Shown here: positions 47,599 through 60,173 of the stretch, piece by piece
How positions within the stretch are numbered: position 1 is the stretch's first letter
Layout of the letters: the number at the start of each line of letters is the position of its first letter
NCBI RefSeq assembly: GCF_009914755.1
Contig: NC_060937.1
From: the human T2T-CHM13v2.0 reference genome, Homo sapiens
Reading direction: 5' to 3' (one strand)
DNA: 64,000 nucleotides
Notes under the pieces: generated by a model
Databases searched by the model: none
Told to the model about the DNA's origin: nothing
What the model saw: the letters and a program-made list of their open reading frames with translations, nothing else
Translations under genes and position numbers: made by a program

Positions 47599-47880
47599 TG
47601 AATTCCCTGTTTCCAACTAAATCCTCAAAGCAATCCAAATATCCACTTGCAGATTCCACAAAAAGAGGGTTTCAAATCTGCTCTATCAATAGCAAGGTTC
47701 AACTCTGTTACTTGAGGACACATATCACCAACAAGTTTCTGAGAATGCTTCTGTCTACTTTCTATGGGAGGATATTTCCTTTTTCACTGTAGGAGACAAA
47801 GCGATAAAATTGTGCATTCCATATACTACAAAAAGTGTGTTTCAAACCTGCTTTATGAAAGGTAATATTCATCTCTGTGT
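47599..47880 (-). repeat. About 1.7 diverged alpha monomers at the array border
   Basis: Homologous to the last two monomers of the HOR (cf. 49,467-49,750) but with many substitutions, e.g. CACTGTAGGAGACAAAGCGATAAAATTGTGC vs CACCGTAGGCGTCAAGGCGATCGAAATGTCC. The CENP-B box is broken (TCCCTGTTTCCAACTAA). Confidence 0.85.
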
Positions 47881-47939
47881 TGAATGGAAATATCCGAAAG
47901 AAATTTCTGGGAATGCTGCTGTCTAGTGTTTATACGAAT

Positions 47940-47956
47940 TCCCGCTTCCAACGAAA
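47940..47956 (-). promoter_or_regulatory. CENP-B box (first intact one; about 43 expected from here to the window end)
   Basis: + strand TCCCGCTTCCAACGAAA is the reverse complement of TTTCGTTGGAAGCGGGA, matching YTTCGTTGGAARCGGGA. The count comes from 6 11-mers x 5 + 4 7-mers x 3 + 1 at 63,913. Confidence 0.95.
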
Positions 47957-48280
47957 TCCTCAAAGCAATCCAAATATCCACTTGAAGAATCCACAAAAAG
48001 AGTGTTTCAAAACTGCTCTATCAATAGAAAGGTTCAACTCTTTTAGTTGAGTACACACATCACGAACAAGTTTCTGAGAATGCTTCTGTCTGGCTTTTAT
48101 TGGAAGACGTTTCCTTTTCACCAAAGGCATCAAAGCGCTCCAAATGTCCACTTCCAGATTCTTCCAAAAGAGTGTTTGAAACGTGCTCAAAGTAAGGGAA
48201 TGTTCAACTCTGTGACTTGAATGCAGATATCACCAAGTAGTTTCTAATAGTGCTTCTGTCTAGATTTTAGATGATGATAT

Positions 48281-48297
48281 TCCCGTTTCCAACGAAA
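48281..48297 (-). promoter_or_regulatory. CENP-B box
   Basis: TCCCGTTTCCAACGAAA on + is the canonical TTTCGTTGGAAACGGGA on -. Confidence 0.95.
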
Positions 48298-48789
48298 TCG
48301 TTAGAGCTATCCAAATATCCACTTACAGTTTCTACAAAAAGAGTGTTTCCAAACTGCTGCATCAAAAGAAAGGTTCAACTCTGTTAGTTGAGGACACACA
48401 TCACAAAGAAGTTTGTGAGAATGCTTCTGTCTAGATTTTGTATGACCATATTCCCTTTTCCAGCGATATCATTAAAGCAATCTAAATATCCATTTGCAGA
48501 ATCCACAAAAATAGAGTTTCAAAGCTGCTCTGTAAAAAGAAAGGTTCCACTCTGTTAGCTGAGTACACACATCACAAACTTGTTTCTGAGAATCCTTCTG
48601 TCTCGTTTTTATGGGAAGATATTTACTTTTTCACCGTAGGCATCAAAGCGCTCCAAATGTCCACATCCAGATACTCCAGAAAGAGTGTTTCAAACCTGCT
48701 CTATGAAAGGGAATCTTCAACTCTATGAGTTGAATGCAGACATCAGAAAGAAATTTCTGAGAATGCTGCTGTCTACCTTTTATTTGAAT

Positions 48790-48806
48790 TCCCGCTTCCA
48801 ACGAAA
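48790..48806 (-). promoter_or_regulatory. CENP-B box
   Basis: TCCCGCTTCCAACGAAA on +. Confidence 0.95.
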
Positions 48807-49131
48807 TCCTCCAAGCTATCCAAATATCCACCTGCATTTTCCACAAAAAGAGCGTTTCAAAACTGCTCTATCAATAGAAATGTTCAACTCCTTTGGCTGG
48901 GTACACACATCACAAACAAGTTTCTGAGAATGCTTCTGTCTAGTTTTTATGGGAAGACATTCCCTTTTTCACCAAAGGCATCAAAGCGCTCCAAATGTCC
49001 ACTTCCAGACACTACAAAAAGAGTGTTTCCAACGTGCTCTAAGAAAGCGAATGTTCAACTCTGTGACTTGAATGCAGATATCACAAAGTAGTTTCTGAGA
49101 GGGCTTCTGTCTAGATTTTAGATGATGATAT

Positions 49132-49148
49132 TCCCGTTTCCAACGAAA
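49132..49148 (-). promoter_or_regulatory. CENP-B box
   Basis: TCCCGTTTCCAACGAAA on +. Confidence 0.95.
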
Positions 49149-49469
49149 TCATTAGAGCTATCCAAATATCCACTTACAGTTTCTACAAAAAGAGTGTTTC
49201 CAAACTGCTGCATCAAAAGAGAGGTTCCACTCTGTTAGCTGAGTACACACATCACAAACTTGTTTCTCAGAATCCTTCTGTCTCGTTTTTCTGGGAAGAT
49301 ATTTACTTTTTCACCGTAGGCATCAAAGCGCTCCAAATGTCCACATCCAGATACTCCAGAAAGAGTGTTTCAAACCTGCTCTATGAAAGGGAATCTTCAA
49401 CTCTATGAGTTGAATGCAGACATCAGAAAGAAATTTCTGAGAATGCTGCTGTCTACCTTTTATTTGAAT

Positions 49470-49486
49470 TCCCGCTTCCAACGAAA
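49470..49486 (-). promoter_or_regulatory. CENP-B box
   Basis: TCCCGCTTCCAACGAAA on +. Confidence 0.95.
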
Positions 49487-49809
49487 TCCTCCAAGCTATC
49501 CAAATATCCACTTGCAGATTCCACAAAAAGAGTGTTTCAAAACTGCTCTCTATCAATGGCAAAGTTCAACTCTGTTAGTTGAGGACACATATCACCAACA
49601 AGTTTCTGAGAATGCTTCTGTCTATTTTTTATGGGAAGATATTTCCTTTTTCACCGTAGGCGTCAAGGCGATCGAAATGTCCACTTCCACAAACTACAAA
49701 AAGAGTGTTTCAAACCTGCTCTATGAAAGGCCATGTTCATCTCTATGAGTCGAATGGAAATATCCGAAAGAAATTTCTGGGAATGCTGCTGTCTAGTTTT
49801 TATACGAAT

Positions 49810-52189
49810 TCCCGCTTCCAACGAAATCCTCAAAGCAATCCAAATATCCACTTGCAGAATCCACAAAAAGAGTGTTTCAAAACTGCTCTATCAATAGAAA
49901 GGTTCAACTCTTTTAGTTGAGTACACACATCACAAACAAGTTTCTGAGAATGCTTCTGTCTGGCTTTTATTGGAAGACGTTTCCTTTTCACCAAAGGCAT
50001 CAAAGCGCTCCAAATGTCCACTTCCAGATTCTTCCAAAAGAGTGTTTGAAACGTGCTCAAAGTAAGGGAATGTTCAACTCTGTGACTTGAATGCAGATAT
50101 CACCAAGTAGTTTCTAATAGTGCTTCTGTCTAGATTTTAGATGATGATATTCCCGTTTCCAACGAAATCGTTAGAGCTATCCAAATATCCACTTACAGTT
50201 GCTACAAAAACAGTGTTTCCAAACTGCTGCATCAAAAGAAAGGTTCAACTCTGTTAGTTGAGGACACACGTCACAAAGAAGTTTGTGAGAATGCTTCTGT
50301 CTAGATTTTGTATGACGATATTCCCTTTTCCAACGATATCGTTAAAGCAATCTAAATATCCATTTGCAGAATCCACAAAAATAGAGTTTCAAAGCTGCTC
50401 TGTAAAAAGAAAGGTTCCACTCTGTTAGCTGAGTACACACATCACAAACTTGTTTCTCAGAATCCTTCTGTCTCGTTTTTCTGGGAAGATATTTACTTTT
50501 TCACCGTAGGCATCAAAGCGCTCCAAATGTCCACATCCAGATACTCCAGAAAGAGTGTTTCAAACCTGCTCTATGAAAGGGAATCTTCAACTCTATGAGT
50601 TGAATGCAGACATCAGAAAGAAATTTCTGAGAATGCTGCTGTCTACCTTTTATTTGAATTCCCGCTTCCAACGAAATCCTCCAAGCTATCCAAATATCCA
50701 CTTGCAGATTCCACAAAAAGAGTGTTTCAAAACTGCTCTCTATCAATGGCAAAGTTCAACTCTGTTAGTTGAGGACACATATCACCAACAAGTTTCTGAG
50801 AATGCTTCTGTCTATTTTTTATGGGAAGATATTTCCTTTTTCACCGTAGGCGTCAAGGCGATCGAAATGTCCACTTCCACAAACTACAAAAAGAGTGTTT
50901 CAAACCTGCTCTATGAAAGGCCATGTTCATCTCTATGAGTCGAATGGAAATATCCGAAAGAAATTTCTGGGAATGCTGCTGTCTAGTTTTTATACGAATT
51001 CCCGCTTCCAACGAAATCCTCAAAGCAATCCAAATATCCACTTGCAGAATCCACAAAAAGAGTGTTTCAAAACTGCTCTATCAATAGAAAGGTTCAACTC
51101 TTTTAGTTGAGTACACACATCACAAACAAGTTTCTGAGAATGCTTCTGTCTGGCTTTTATTGGAAGACGTTTCCTTTTCACCAAAGGCATCAAAGCGCTC
51201 CAAATGTCCACTTCCAGATTCTTCCAAAAGAGTGTTTGAAACGTGCTCAAAGTAAGGGAATGTTCAACTCTGTGACTTGAATGCAGATATCACCAAGTAG
51301 TTTCTAATAGTGCTTCTGTCTAGATTTTAGATGATGATATTCCCGTTTCCAACGAAATCGTTAGAGCTATCCAAATATCCACTTACAGTTGCTACAAAAA
51401 CAGTGTTTCCAAACTGCTGCATCAAAAGAAAGGTTCAACTCTGTTAGTTGAGGTCACACGTCACAAAGAAGTTTGTGAGAATGCTTCTGTCTAGATTTTG
51501 TATGACGATATTCCCTTTTCCAACGATATCGTTAAAGCAATCTAAATATCCATTTGCAGAATCCACAAAAATAGAGTTTCAAAGCTGCTCTGTAAAAAGA
51601 AAGGTTCCACTCTGTTAGCTGAGTACACACATCACAAACTTGTTTCTCAGAATCCTTCTGTCTCGTTTTTATGGGAAGATATTTACTTTTTCACCGTAGG
51701 CATCAAAGCGCTCCAAATGTCCACATCCAGATACTCCAGAAAGAGTGTTTCAAACCTGCTCTATGAAAGGGAATCTTCAACTCTATGAGTTGAATGCAGA
51801 CATCAGAAAGAAATTTCTGAGAATGCTGCTGTCTACCTTTTATTTGAATTCCCGCTTCCAACGAAATCCTCCAAGCTATCCAAATATCCACTTGCAGATT
51901 CCACAAAAAGAGTGTTTCAAAACTGCTCTCTATCAATGGCAAAGTTCAACTCTGTTAGTTGAGGACACATATCACCAACAAGTTTCTGAGAATGCTTCTG
52001 TCTATTTTTTATGGGAAGATATTTCCTTTTTCACCGTAGGCGTCAAGGCGATCGAAATGTCCACTTCCACAAACTACAAAAAGAGTGTTTCAAACCTGCT
52101 CTATGAAAGGCCATGTTCATCTCTATGAGTCGAATGGAAATATCCGAAAGAAATTTCTGGGAATGCTGCTGTCTAGTTTTTATACGAAT
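49810..52189 (-). repeat. Two tandem 7-mer HOR variants (1,190 bp each)
   Basis: Offset of 1,190 in ORFs 49830/51020/52210. The 680-bp four-monomer block containing CCAGACACTAC and TCTAAGAAAGCGAATG is missing. Each unit has three CENP-B boxes. Confidence 0.9.
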
Positions 52190-55100
52190 TCCCGCTTCCA
52201 ACGAAATCCTCAAAGCAATCCAAATATCCACTTGCAGAATCCACAAAAAGAGTGTTTCAAAACTGCTCTATCAATAGAAAGGTTCAACTCTTTTAGTTGA
52301 GTACACACATCACAAACAAGTTTCTGAGAATGCTTCTGTCTGGCTTTTATTGGAAGACGTTTCCTTTTCACCAAAGGCATCAAAGCGCTCCAAATGTCCA
52401 CTTCCAGATTCTTCCAAAAGAGTGTTTGAAACGTGCTCAAAGTAAGGGAATGTTCAACTCTGTGACTTGAATGCAGATATCACCAAGTAGTTTCTAATAG
52501 TGCTTCTGTCTAGATTTTAGATGATGATATTCCCGTTTCCAACGAAATCGTTAGAGCTATCCAAATATCCACTTACAGTTTCTACAAAAAGAGTGTTTCC
52601 AAACTGCTGCATCAAAAGAAAGGTTCAACTCTGTTAGTTGAGGACACACATCACAAAGAAGTTTGTGAGAATGCTTCTGTCTAGATTTTGTATGACCATA
52701 TTCCCTTTTCCAGCGATATCATTAAAGCAATCTAAATATCCATTTGCAGAATCCACAAAAATAGGGTTTCAAAGCTGCTCTGTAAAAAGAAAGGTTCCAC
52801 TCTGTTAGCTGAGTACACACATCACAAACTTGTTTCTGAGAATCCTTCTGTCTCGTTTTTATGGGAAGATATTTACTTTTTCACCGTAGGCATCAAAGCG
52901 CTCCAAATGTCCACATCCAGATACTCCAGAAAGAGTGTTTCAAACCTGCTCTATGAAAGGGAATCTTCAACTCTATGAGTTGAATGCAGACATCAGAAAG
53001 AAATTTCTGAGAATGCTGCTGTCTACCTTTTATTTGAACTCCCGCTTCCAACGAAATCCTCCAAGCTATCCAAATATCCACTTGCATTTTCCACAAAAAG
53101 AGTGCTTCAAAACTGCTCTATCAATAAATGTTCAACTCCTTTAGCTGGGTGCACACATCACAAACAAGTTTCTGAGAATGCTTCTGTCTAGTTTTTATGG
53201 GAAGACATTCCCTTTTTCACCAAAGGCATCAAAGCGCTCCAAATGTCCACTTCCAGACACTACAAAAAGAGTGTTTCCAACGTGCTCTAAGAAAGCGAAT
53301 GTTCAACTCTGTGACTTGAATGCAGATATCACAAAGTAGTTTCTGAGAGGGCTTCTGTCTAGATTTTAGATGATGATATTCCCGTTTCCAACGAAATCAT
53401 TAGAGCTATCCAAATATCCACTTACAGTTTCTACAAAAAGAGTGTTTCCAAACTGCTGCATCAAAAGAGAGGTTCCACTCTGTTAGCTGAGTACACACAT
53501 CACAAACTTGTTTCTGAGAATCCTTCTGTGTCGTTTTTCTGGGAAGATATTTACTTTTTCACCGTAGGCATCAAAGCGCTCCAAATGTCCACATCCAGAT
53601 ACTCCAGAAAGAGTGTTTCAAACCTGCTCTATGAAAGGGAATCTTCAACTCTATGAGTTGAATGCAGACATCAGAAAGAAATTTCTGAGAATGCTGCTGT
53701 CTACCTTTTATTTGAATTCCCGCTTCCAACGAAATCCTCCAAGCTATCCAAATATCCACTTGCAGATTCCACAAAAAGAGTGTTTCAAAACTGCTCTCTA
53801 TCAATGGCAAAGTTCAACTCTGTTAGTTGAGGACACATATCACCAACAAGTTTCTGAGAATGCTTCTGTCTATTTTTTATGGGAAGATATTTCCTTTTTC
53901 ACCGTAGGCGTCAAGGCGATCGAAATGTCCACTTCCACAAACTACAAAAAGAGTGTTTCAAACCTGCTCTATGAAAGGCCATGTTCATCTCTATGAGTCG
54001 AATGGAAATATCCGAAAGAAATTTCTGGGAATGCTGCTGTCTAGTTTTTATACGAATTCCCGCTTCCAACGAAATCCTCAAAGCAATCCAAATATCCACT
54101 TGCAGAATCCACAAAAAGAGTGTTTCAAAACTGCTCTATCAATAGAAAGGTTCAACTCTTTTAGTTGAGTACACACATCACAAACAAGTTTCTGAGAATG
54201 CTTCTGTCTGGCTTTTATTGGAAGACGTTTCCTTTTCACCAAAGGCATCAAAGCGCTCCAAATGTCCACTTCCAGATTCTTCCAAAAGAGTGTTTGAAAC
54301 GTGCTCAAAGTAAGGGAATGTTCAACTCTGTGACTTGAATGCAGATATCACCAAGTAGTTTCTAATAGTGCTTCTGTCTAGATTTTAGATGATGATATTC
54401 CCGTTTCCAACGAAATCGTTAGAGCTATCCAAATATCCACTTACAGTTGCTACAAAAACAGTGTTTCCAAACTGCTGCATCAAAAGAAAGGTTCAACTCT
54501 GTTAGTTGAGGACACACGTCACAAAGAAGTTTGTGAGAATGCTTCTGTCTAGATTTTGTATGACGATATTCCCTTTTCCAACGATATCGTTAAAGCAATC
54601 TAAATATCCATTTGCAGAATCCACAAAAATAGAGTTTCAAAGCTGCTCTGTAAAAAGAAAGGTTCCACTCTGTTAGCTGAGTACACACATCACAAACTTG
54701 TTTCTCAGAATCCTTCTGTCTCGTTTTTATGGGAAGATATTTACTTTTTCACCGTAGGCATCAAAGCGCTCCAAATGTCCACATCCAGATACTCCAGAAA
54801 GAGTGTTTCAAACCTGCTCTATGAAAGGGAATCTTCAACTCTATGAGTTGAATGCAGACATCAGAAAGAAATTTCTGAGAATGCTGCTGTCTACCTTTTA
54901 TTTGAATTCCCGCTTCCAACGAAATCCTCCAAGCTATCCAAATATCCACTTGCAGATTCCACAAAAAGAGTGTTTCAAAACTGCTCTCTATCAATGGCAA
55001 AGTTCAACTCTGTTAGTTGAGGACACATATCACCAACAAGTTTCTGAGAATGCTTCTGTCTATTTTTTATGGGAAGATATTTCCTTTTTCACCGTAGGCG

Positions 55101-58100
55101 TCAAGGCGATCGAAATGTCCACTTCCACAAACTACAAAAAGAGTGTTTCAAACCTGCTCTATGAAAGGCCATGTTCATCTCTATGAGTCGAATGGAAATA
55201 TCCGAAAGAAATTTCTGGGAATGCTGCTGTCTAGTTTTTATACGAATTCCCGCTTCCAACGAAATCCTCAAAGCAATCCAAATATCCACTTGCAGAATCC
55301 ACAAAAAGAGTGTTTCAAAACTGCTCTATCAATAGAAAGGTTCAACTCTTTTAGTTGAGTACACACATCACAAACAAGTTTCTGAGAATGCTTCTGTCTG
55401 GCTTTTATTGGAAGACGTTTCCTTTTCACCAAAGGCATCAAAGCGCTCCAAATGTCCACTTCCAGATTCTTCCAAAAGAGTGTTTGAAACGTGCTCAAAG
55501 TAAGGGAATGTTCAACTCTGTGACTTGAATGCAGATATCACCAAGTAGTTTCTAATAGTGCTTCTGTCTAGATTTTAGATGATGATATTCCCGTTTCCAA
55601 CGAAATCGTTAGAGCTATCCAAATATCCACTTACAGTTTCTACAAAAAGAGTGTTTCCAAACTGCTGCATCAAAAGAAAGGTTCAACTCTGTTAGTTGAG
55701 GACACACATCACAAGGAAGTTTGTGAGAATGCTTCTGTCTAGATTTTGTATGACCATATTCCCTTTTCCAGCGATATCATTAAAGCAATCTAAATATCCA
55801 TTTGCAGAATCCACAAAAATAGAGTTTCAAAGCTGCTCTGTAAAAAGAAAGGTTCCACTCTGTTAGCTGAGTACACACATCACAAACTTGTTTCTGAGAA
55901 TCCTTCTGTCTCGTTTTTATGGGAAGATATTTACTTTTTCACCGTAGGCATCAAAGCGCTCCAAATGTCCACATCCAGATACTCCAGAAAGAGTGTTTCA
56001 AACCTGCTCTATGAAAGGGAATCTTCAACTCTATGAGTTGAATGCAGACATCAGAAAGAAATTTCTGAGAATGCTGCTGTCTACCTTTTATTTGAACTCC
56101 CGCTTCCAACGAAATCCTCCAAGCTATCCAAATATCCACTTGCATTTTCCACAAAAAGAGTGCTTCAAAACTGCTCTATCAATAAATGTTCAACTCCTTT
56201 AGCTGGGTGCACACATCACAAACAAGTTTCTGAGAATGCTTCTGTCTAGTTTTTATGGGAAGACATTCCCTTTTTCACCAAAGGCATCAAAGCGCTCCAA
56301 ATGTCCACTTCCAGACACTACAAAAAGAGTGTTTCCAACGTGCTCTAAGAAAGCGAATGTTCAACTCTGTGACTTGAATGCAGATATCACAAAGTAGTTT
56401 CTGAGAGGGCTTCTGTCTAGATTTTAGATGATGATATTCCCGTTTCCAACGAAATCATTAGAGCTATCCAAATATCCACTTACAGTTTCTACAAAAAGAG
56501 TGTTTCCAAACTGCTGCATCAAAAGAGAGGTTCCACTCTGTTAGCTGAGTACACACATCACAAACTTGTTTCTGAGAATCCTTCTGTCTCGTTTTTCTGG
56601 GAAGATATTTACTTTTTCACCGTAGGCATCAAAGCGCTCCAAATGTCCACATCCAGATACTCCAGAAAGAGTGTTTCAAACCTGCTCTATGAAAGGGAAT
56701 CTTCAACTCTATGAGTTGAATGCAGACATCAGAAAGAAATTTCTGAGAATGCTGCTGTCTACCTTTTATTTGAATTCCCGCTTCCAACGAAATCCTCCAA
56801 GCTATCCAAATATCCACTTGCAGATTCCACAAAAAGAGTGTTTCAAAACTGCTCTCTATCAATGGCAAAGTTCAACTCTGTTAGTTGAGGACACATATCA
56901 CCAACAAGTTTCTGAGAATGCTTCTGTCTATTTTTTATGGGAAGATATTTCCTTTTTCACCGTAGGCGTCAAGGCGATCGAAATGTCCACTTCCACAAAC
57001 TACAAAAAGAGTGTTTCAAACCTGCTCTATGAAAGGCCATGTTCATCTCTATGAGTCGAATGGAAATATCCGAAAGAAATTTCTGGGAATGCTGCTGTCT
57101 AGTTTTTATACGAATTCCCGCTTCCAACGAAATCCTCAAAGCAATCCAAATATCCACTTGCAGAATCCACAAAAAGAGTGTTTCAAAACTGCTCTATCAA
57201 TAGAAAGGTTCAACTCTTTTAGTTGAGTACACACATCACAAACAAGTTTCTGAGAATGCTTCTGTCTGGCTTTTATTGGAAGACGTTTCCTTTTCACCAA
57301 AGGCATCAAAGCGCTCCAAATGTCCACTTCCAGATTCTTCCAAAAGAGTGTTTGAAACGTGCTCAAAGTAAGGGAATGTTCAACTCTGTGACTTGAATGC
57401 AGATATCACCAAGTAGTTTCTAATAGTGCTTCTGTCTAGATTTTAGATGATGATATTCCCGTTTCCAACGAAATCGTTAGAGCTATCCAAATATCCACTT
57501 ACAGTTGCTACAAAAACAGTGTTTCCAAACTGCTGCATCAAAAGAAAGGTTCAACTCTGTTAGTTGAGGACACACGTCACAAAGAAGTTTGTGAGAATGC
57601 TTCTGTCTAGATTTTGTATGACGATATTCCCTTTTCCAACGATATCGTTAAAGCAATCTAAATATCCATTTGCAGAATCCACAAAAATAGAGTTTCAAAG
57701 CTGCTCTGTAAAAAGAAAGGTTCCACTCTGTTAGCTGAGTACACACATCACAAACTTGTTTCTCAGAATCCTTCTGTCTCGTTTTTATGGGAAGATATTT
57801 ACTTTTTCACCGTAGGCATCAAAGCGCTCCAAATGTCCACATCCAGATACTCCAGAAAGAGTGTTTCAAACCTGCTCTATGAAAGGGAATCTTCAACTCT
57901 ATGAGTTGAATGCAGACATCAGAAAGAAATTTCTGAGAATGCTGCTGTCTACCTTTTATTTGAATTCCCGCTTCCAACGAAATCCTCCAAGCTATCCAAA
58001 TATCCACTTGCAGATTCCACAAAAAGAGTGTTTCAAAACTGCTCTCTATCAATGGCAAAGTTCAACTCTGTTAGTTGAGGACACATATCACCAACAAGTT

Positions 58101-60173
58101 TCTGAGAATGCTTCTGTCTATTTTTTATGGGAAGATATTTCCTTTTTCACCGTAGGCGTCAAGGCGATCGAAATGTCCACTTCCACAAACTACAAAAAGA
58201 GTGTTTCAAACCTGCTCTATGAAAGGCCATGTTCATCTCTATGAGTCGAATGGAAATATCCGAAAGAAATTTCTGGGAATGCTGCTGTCTAGTTTTTATA
58301 CGAATTCCCGCTTCCAACGAAATCCTCAAAGCAATCCAAATATCCACTTGCAGAATCCACAAAAAGAGTGTTTCAAAACTGCTCTATCAATAGAAAGGTT
58401 CAACTCTTTTAGTTGAGTACACACATCACAAACAAGTTTCTGAGAATGCTTCTGTCTGGCTTTTATTGGAAGACGTTTCCTTTTCACCAAAGGCATCAAA
58501 GCGCTCCAAATGTCCACTTCCAGATTCTTCCAAAAGAGTGTTTGAAACGTGCTCAAAGTAAGGGAATGTTCAACTCTGTGACTTGAATGCAGATATCACC
58601 AAGTAGTTTCTAATAGTGCTTCTGTCTAGATTTTAGATGATGATATTCCCGTTTCCAACGAAATCGTTAGAGCTATCCAAATATCCACTTACAGTTTCTA
58701 CAAAAAGAGTGTTTCCAAACTGCTGCATCAAAAGAAAGGTTCAACTCTGTTAGTTGAGGACACACATCACAAAGAAGTTTGTGAGAATGCTTCTGTCTAG
58801 ATTTTGTATGACCATATTCCCTTTTCCAGCGATATCATTAAAGCAATCTAAATATCCATTTGCAGAATCCACAAAAATAGAGTTTCAAAGCTGCTCTGTA
58901 AAAAGAAAGGTTCCACTCTGTTAGCTGAGTACACACATCACAAACTTGTTTCTGAGAATCCTTCTGTCTCGTTTTTATGGGAAGATATTTACTTTTTCAC
59001 CGTAGGCATCAAAGCGCTCCAAATGTCCACATCCAGATACTCCAGAAAGAGTGTTTCAAACCTGCTCTATGAAAGGGAATCTTCAACTCTATGAGTTGAA
59101 TGCAGACATCAGAAAGAAATTTCTGAGAATGCTGCTGTCTACCTTTTATTTGAACTCCCGCTTCCAACGAAATCCTCCAAGCTATCCAAATATCCACTTG
59201 CATTTTCCACAAAAAGAGTGCTTCAAAACTGCTCTATCAATAAATGTTCAACTCCTTTAGCTGGGTGCACACATCACAAACAAGTTTCTGAGAATGCTTC
59301 TGTCTAGTTTTTATGGGAAGACATTCCCTTTTTCACCAAAGGCATCAAAGCGCTCCAAATGTCCACTTCCAGACACTACAAAAAGAGTGTTTCCAACGTG
59401 CTCTAAGAAAGCGAATGTTCAACTCTGTGACTTGAATGCAGATATCACAAAGTAGTTTCTGAGAGGGCTTCTGTCTAGATTTTAGATGATGATATTCCCG
59501 TTTCCAACGAAATCATTAGAGCTATCCAAATATCCACTTACAGTTTCTACAAAAAGAGTGTTTCCAAACTGCTGCATCAAAAGAGAGGTTCCACTCTGTT
59601 AGCTGAGTACACACATCACAAACTTGTTTCTGAGAATCCTTCTGTGTCGTTTTTATGGGAAGATATTTACTTTTTCACCGTAGGCATCAAAGCGCTCCAA
59701 ATGTCCACATCCAGATACTCCAGAAAGAGTGTTTCAAACCTGCTCTATGAAAGGGAATCTTCAACTCTATGAGTTGAATGCAGACATCAGAAAGAAATTT
59801 CTGAGAATGCTGCTGTCTACCTTTTATTTGAATTCCCGCTTCCAACGAAATCCTCCAAGCTATCCAAATATCCACTTGCAGATTCCACAAAAAGAGTGTT
59901 TCAAAACTGCTCTCTATCAATGGCAAAGTTCAACTCTGTTAGTTGAGGACACATATCACCAACAAGTTTCTGAGAATGCTTCTGTCTATTTTTTATGGGA
60001 AGATATTTCCTTTTTCACCGTAGGCGTCAAGGCGATCGAAATGTCCACTTCCACAAACTACAAAAAGAGTGTTTCAAACCTGCTCTATGAAAGGCCATGT
60101 TCATCTCTATGAGTCGAATGGAAATATCCGAAAGAAATTTCTGGGAATGCTGCTGTCTAGTTTTTATACGAAT
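51000..60173 (-). repeat. Three copies of a 3,058-bp (7-mer + 11-mer) 18-mer super-repeat
   Basis: Offset of 3,058 in ORFs 52893/55951/59009, 53571/56629/59687 and 51703/54761/57819. All three 11-mers share a 2-bp deletion and linked SNPs. Confidence 0.88.

Larger units (their letters stand above)
47940..49809 (-). repeat. First complete 11-mer HOR (1,870 bp)
   Basis: TATACGAATTCCCGCTTCCAACGAAATCCTCAAAGCAATCC recurs after 1,870 bp; five CENP-B boxes lie at monomer offsets 0, 2, 5, 7 and 9. Confidence 0.9.

Noticed and set aside
47604-47620. CENP-B-box position at the junction (TCCCTGTTTCCAACTAA)
   Set aside because: Both CpGs are disrupted; non-functional by the consensus.
47523-47792. 89-aa ORF spanning the HSat1A/alpha junction
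   Set aside because: A chance read-through of two satellites, with no promoter, splice or homology evidence.
48452-48468. CENP-B-box-like TCCCTTTTCCAGCGATA (TCCCTTTTCCAACGATA in 7-mers)
   Set aside because: It lacks essential bases (needs CCCG..T....CGAA on this strand), so it was not counted as a functional box.
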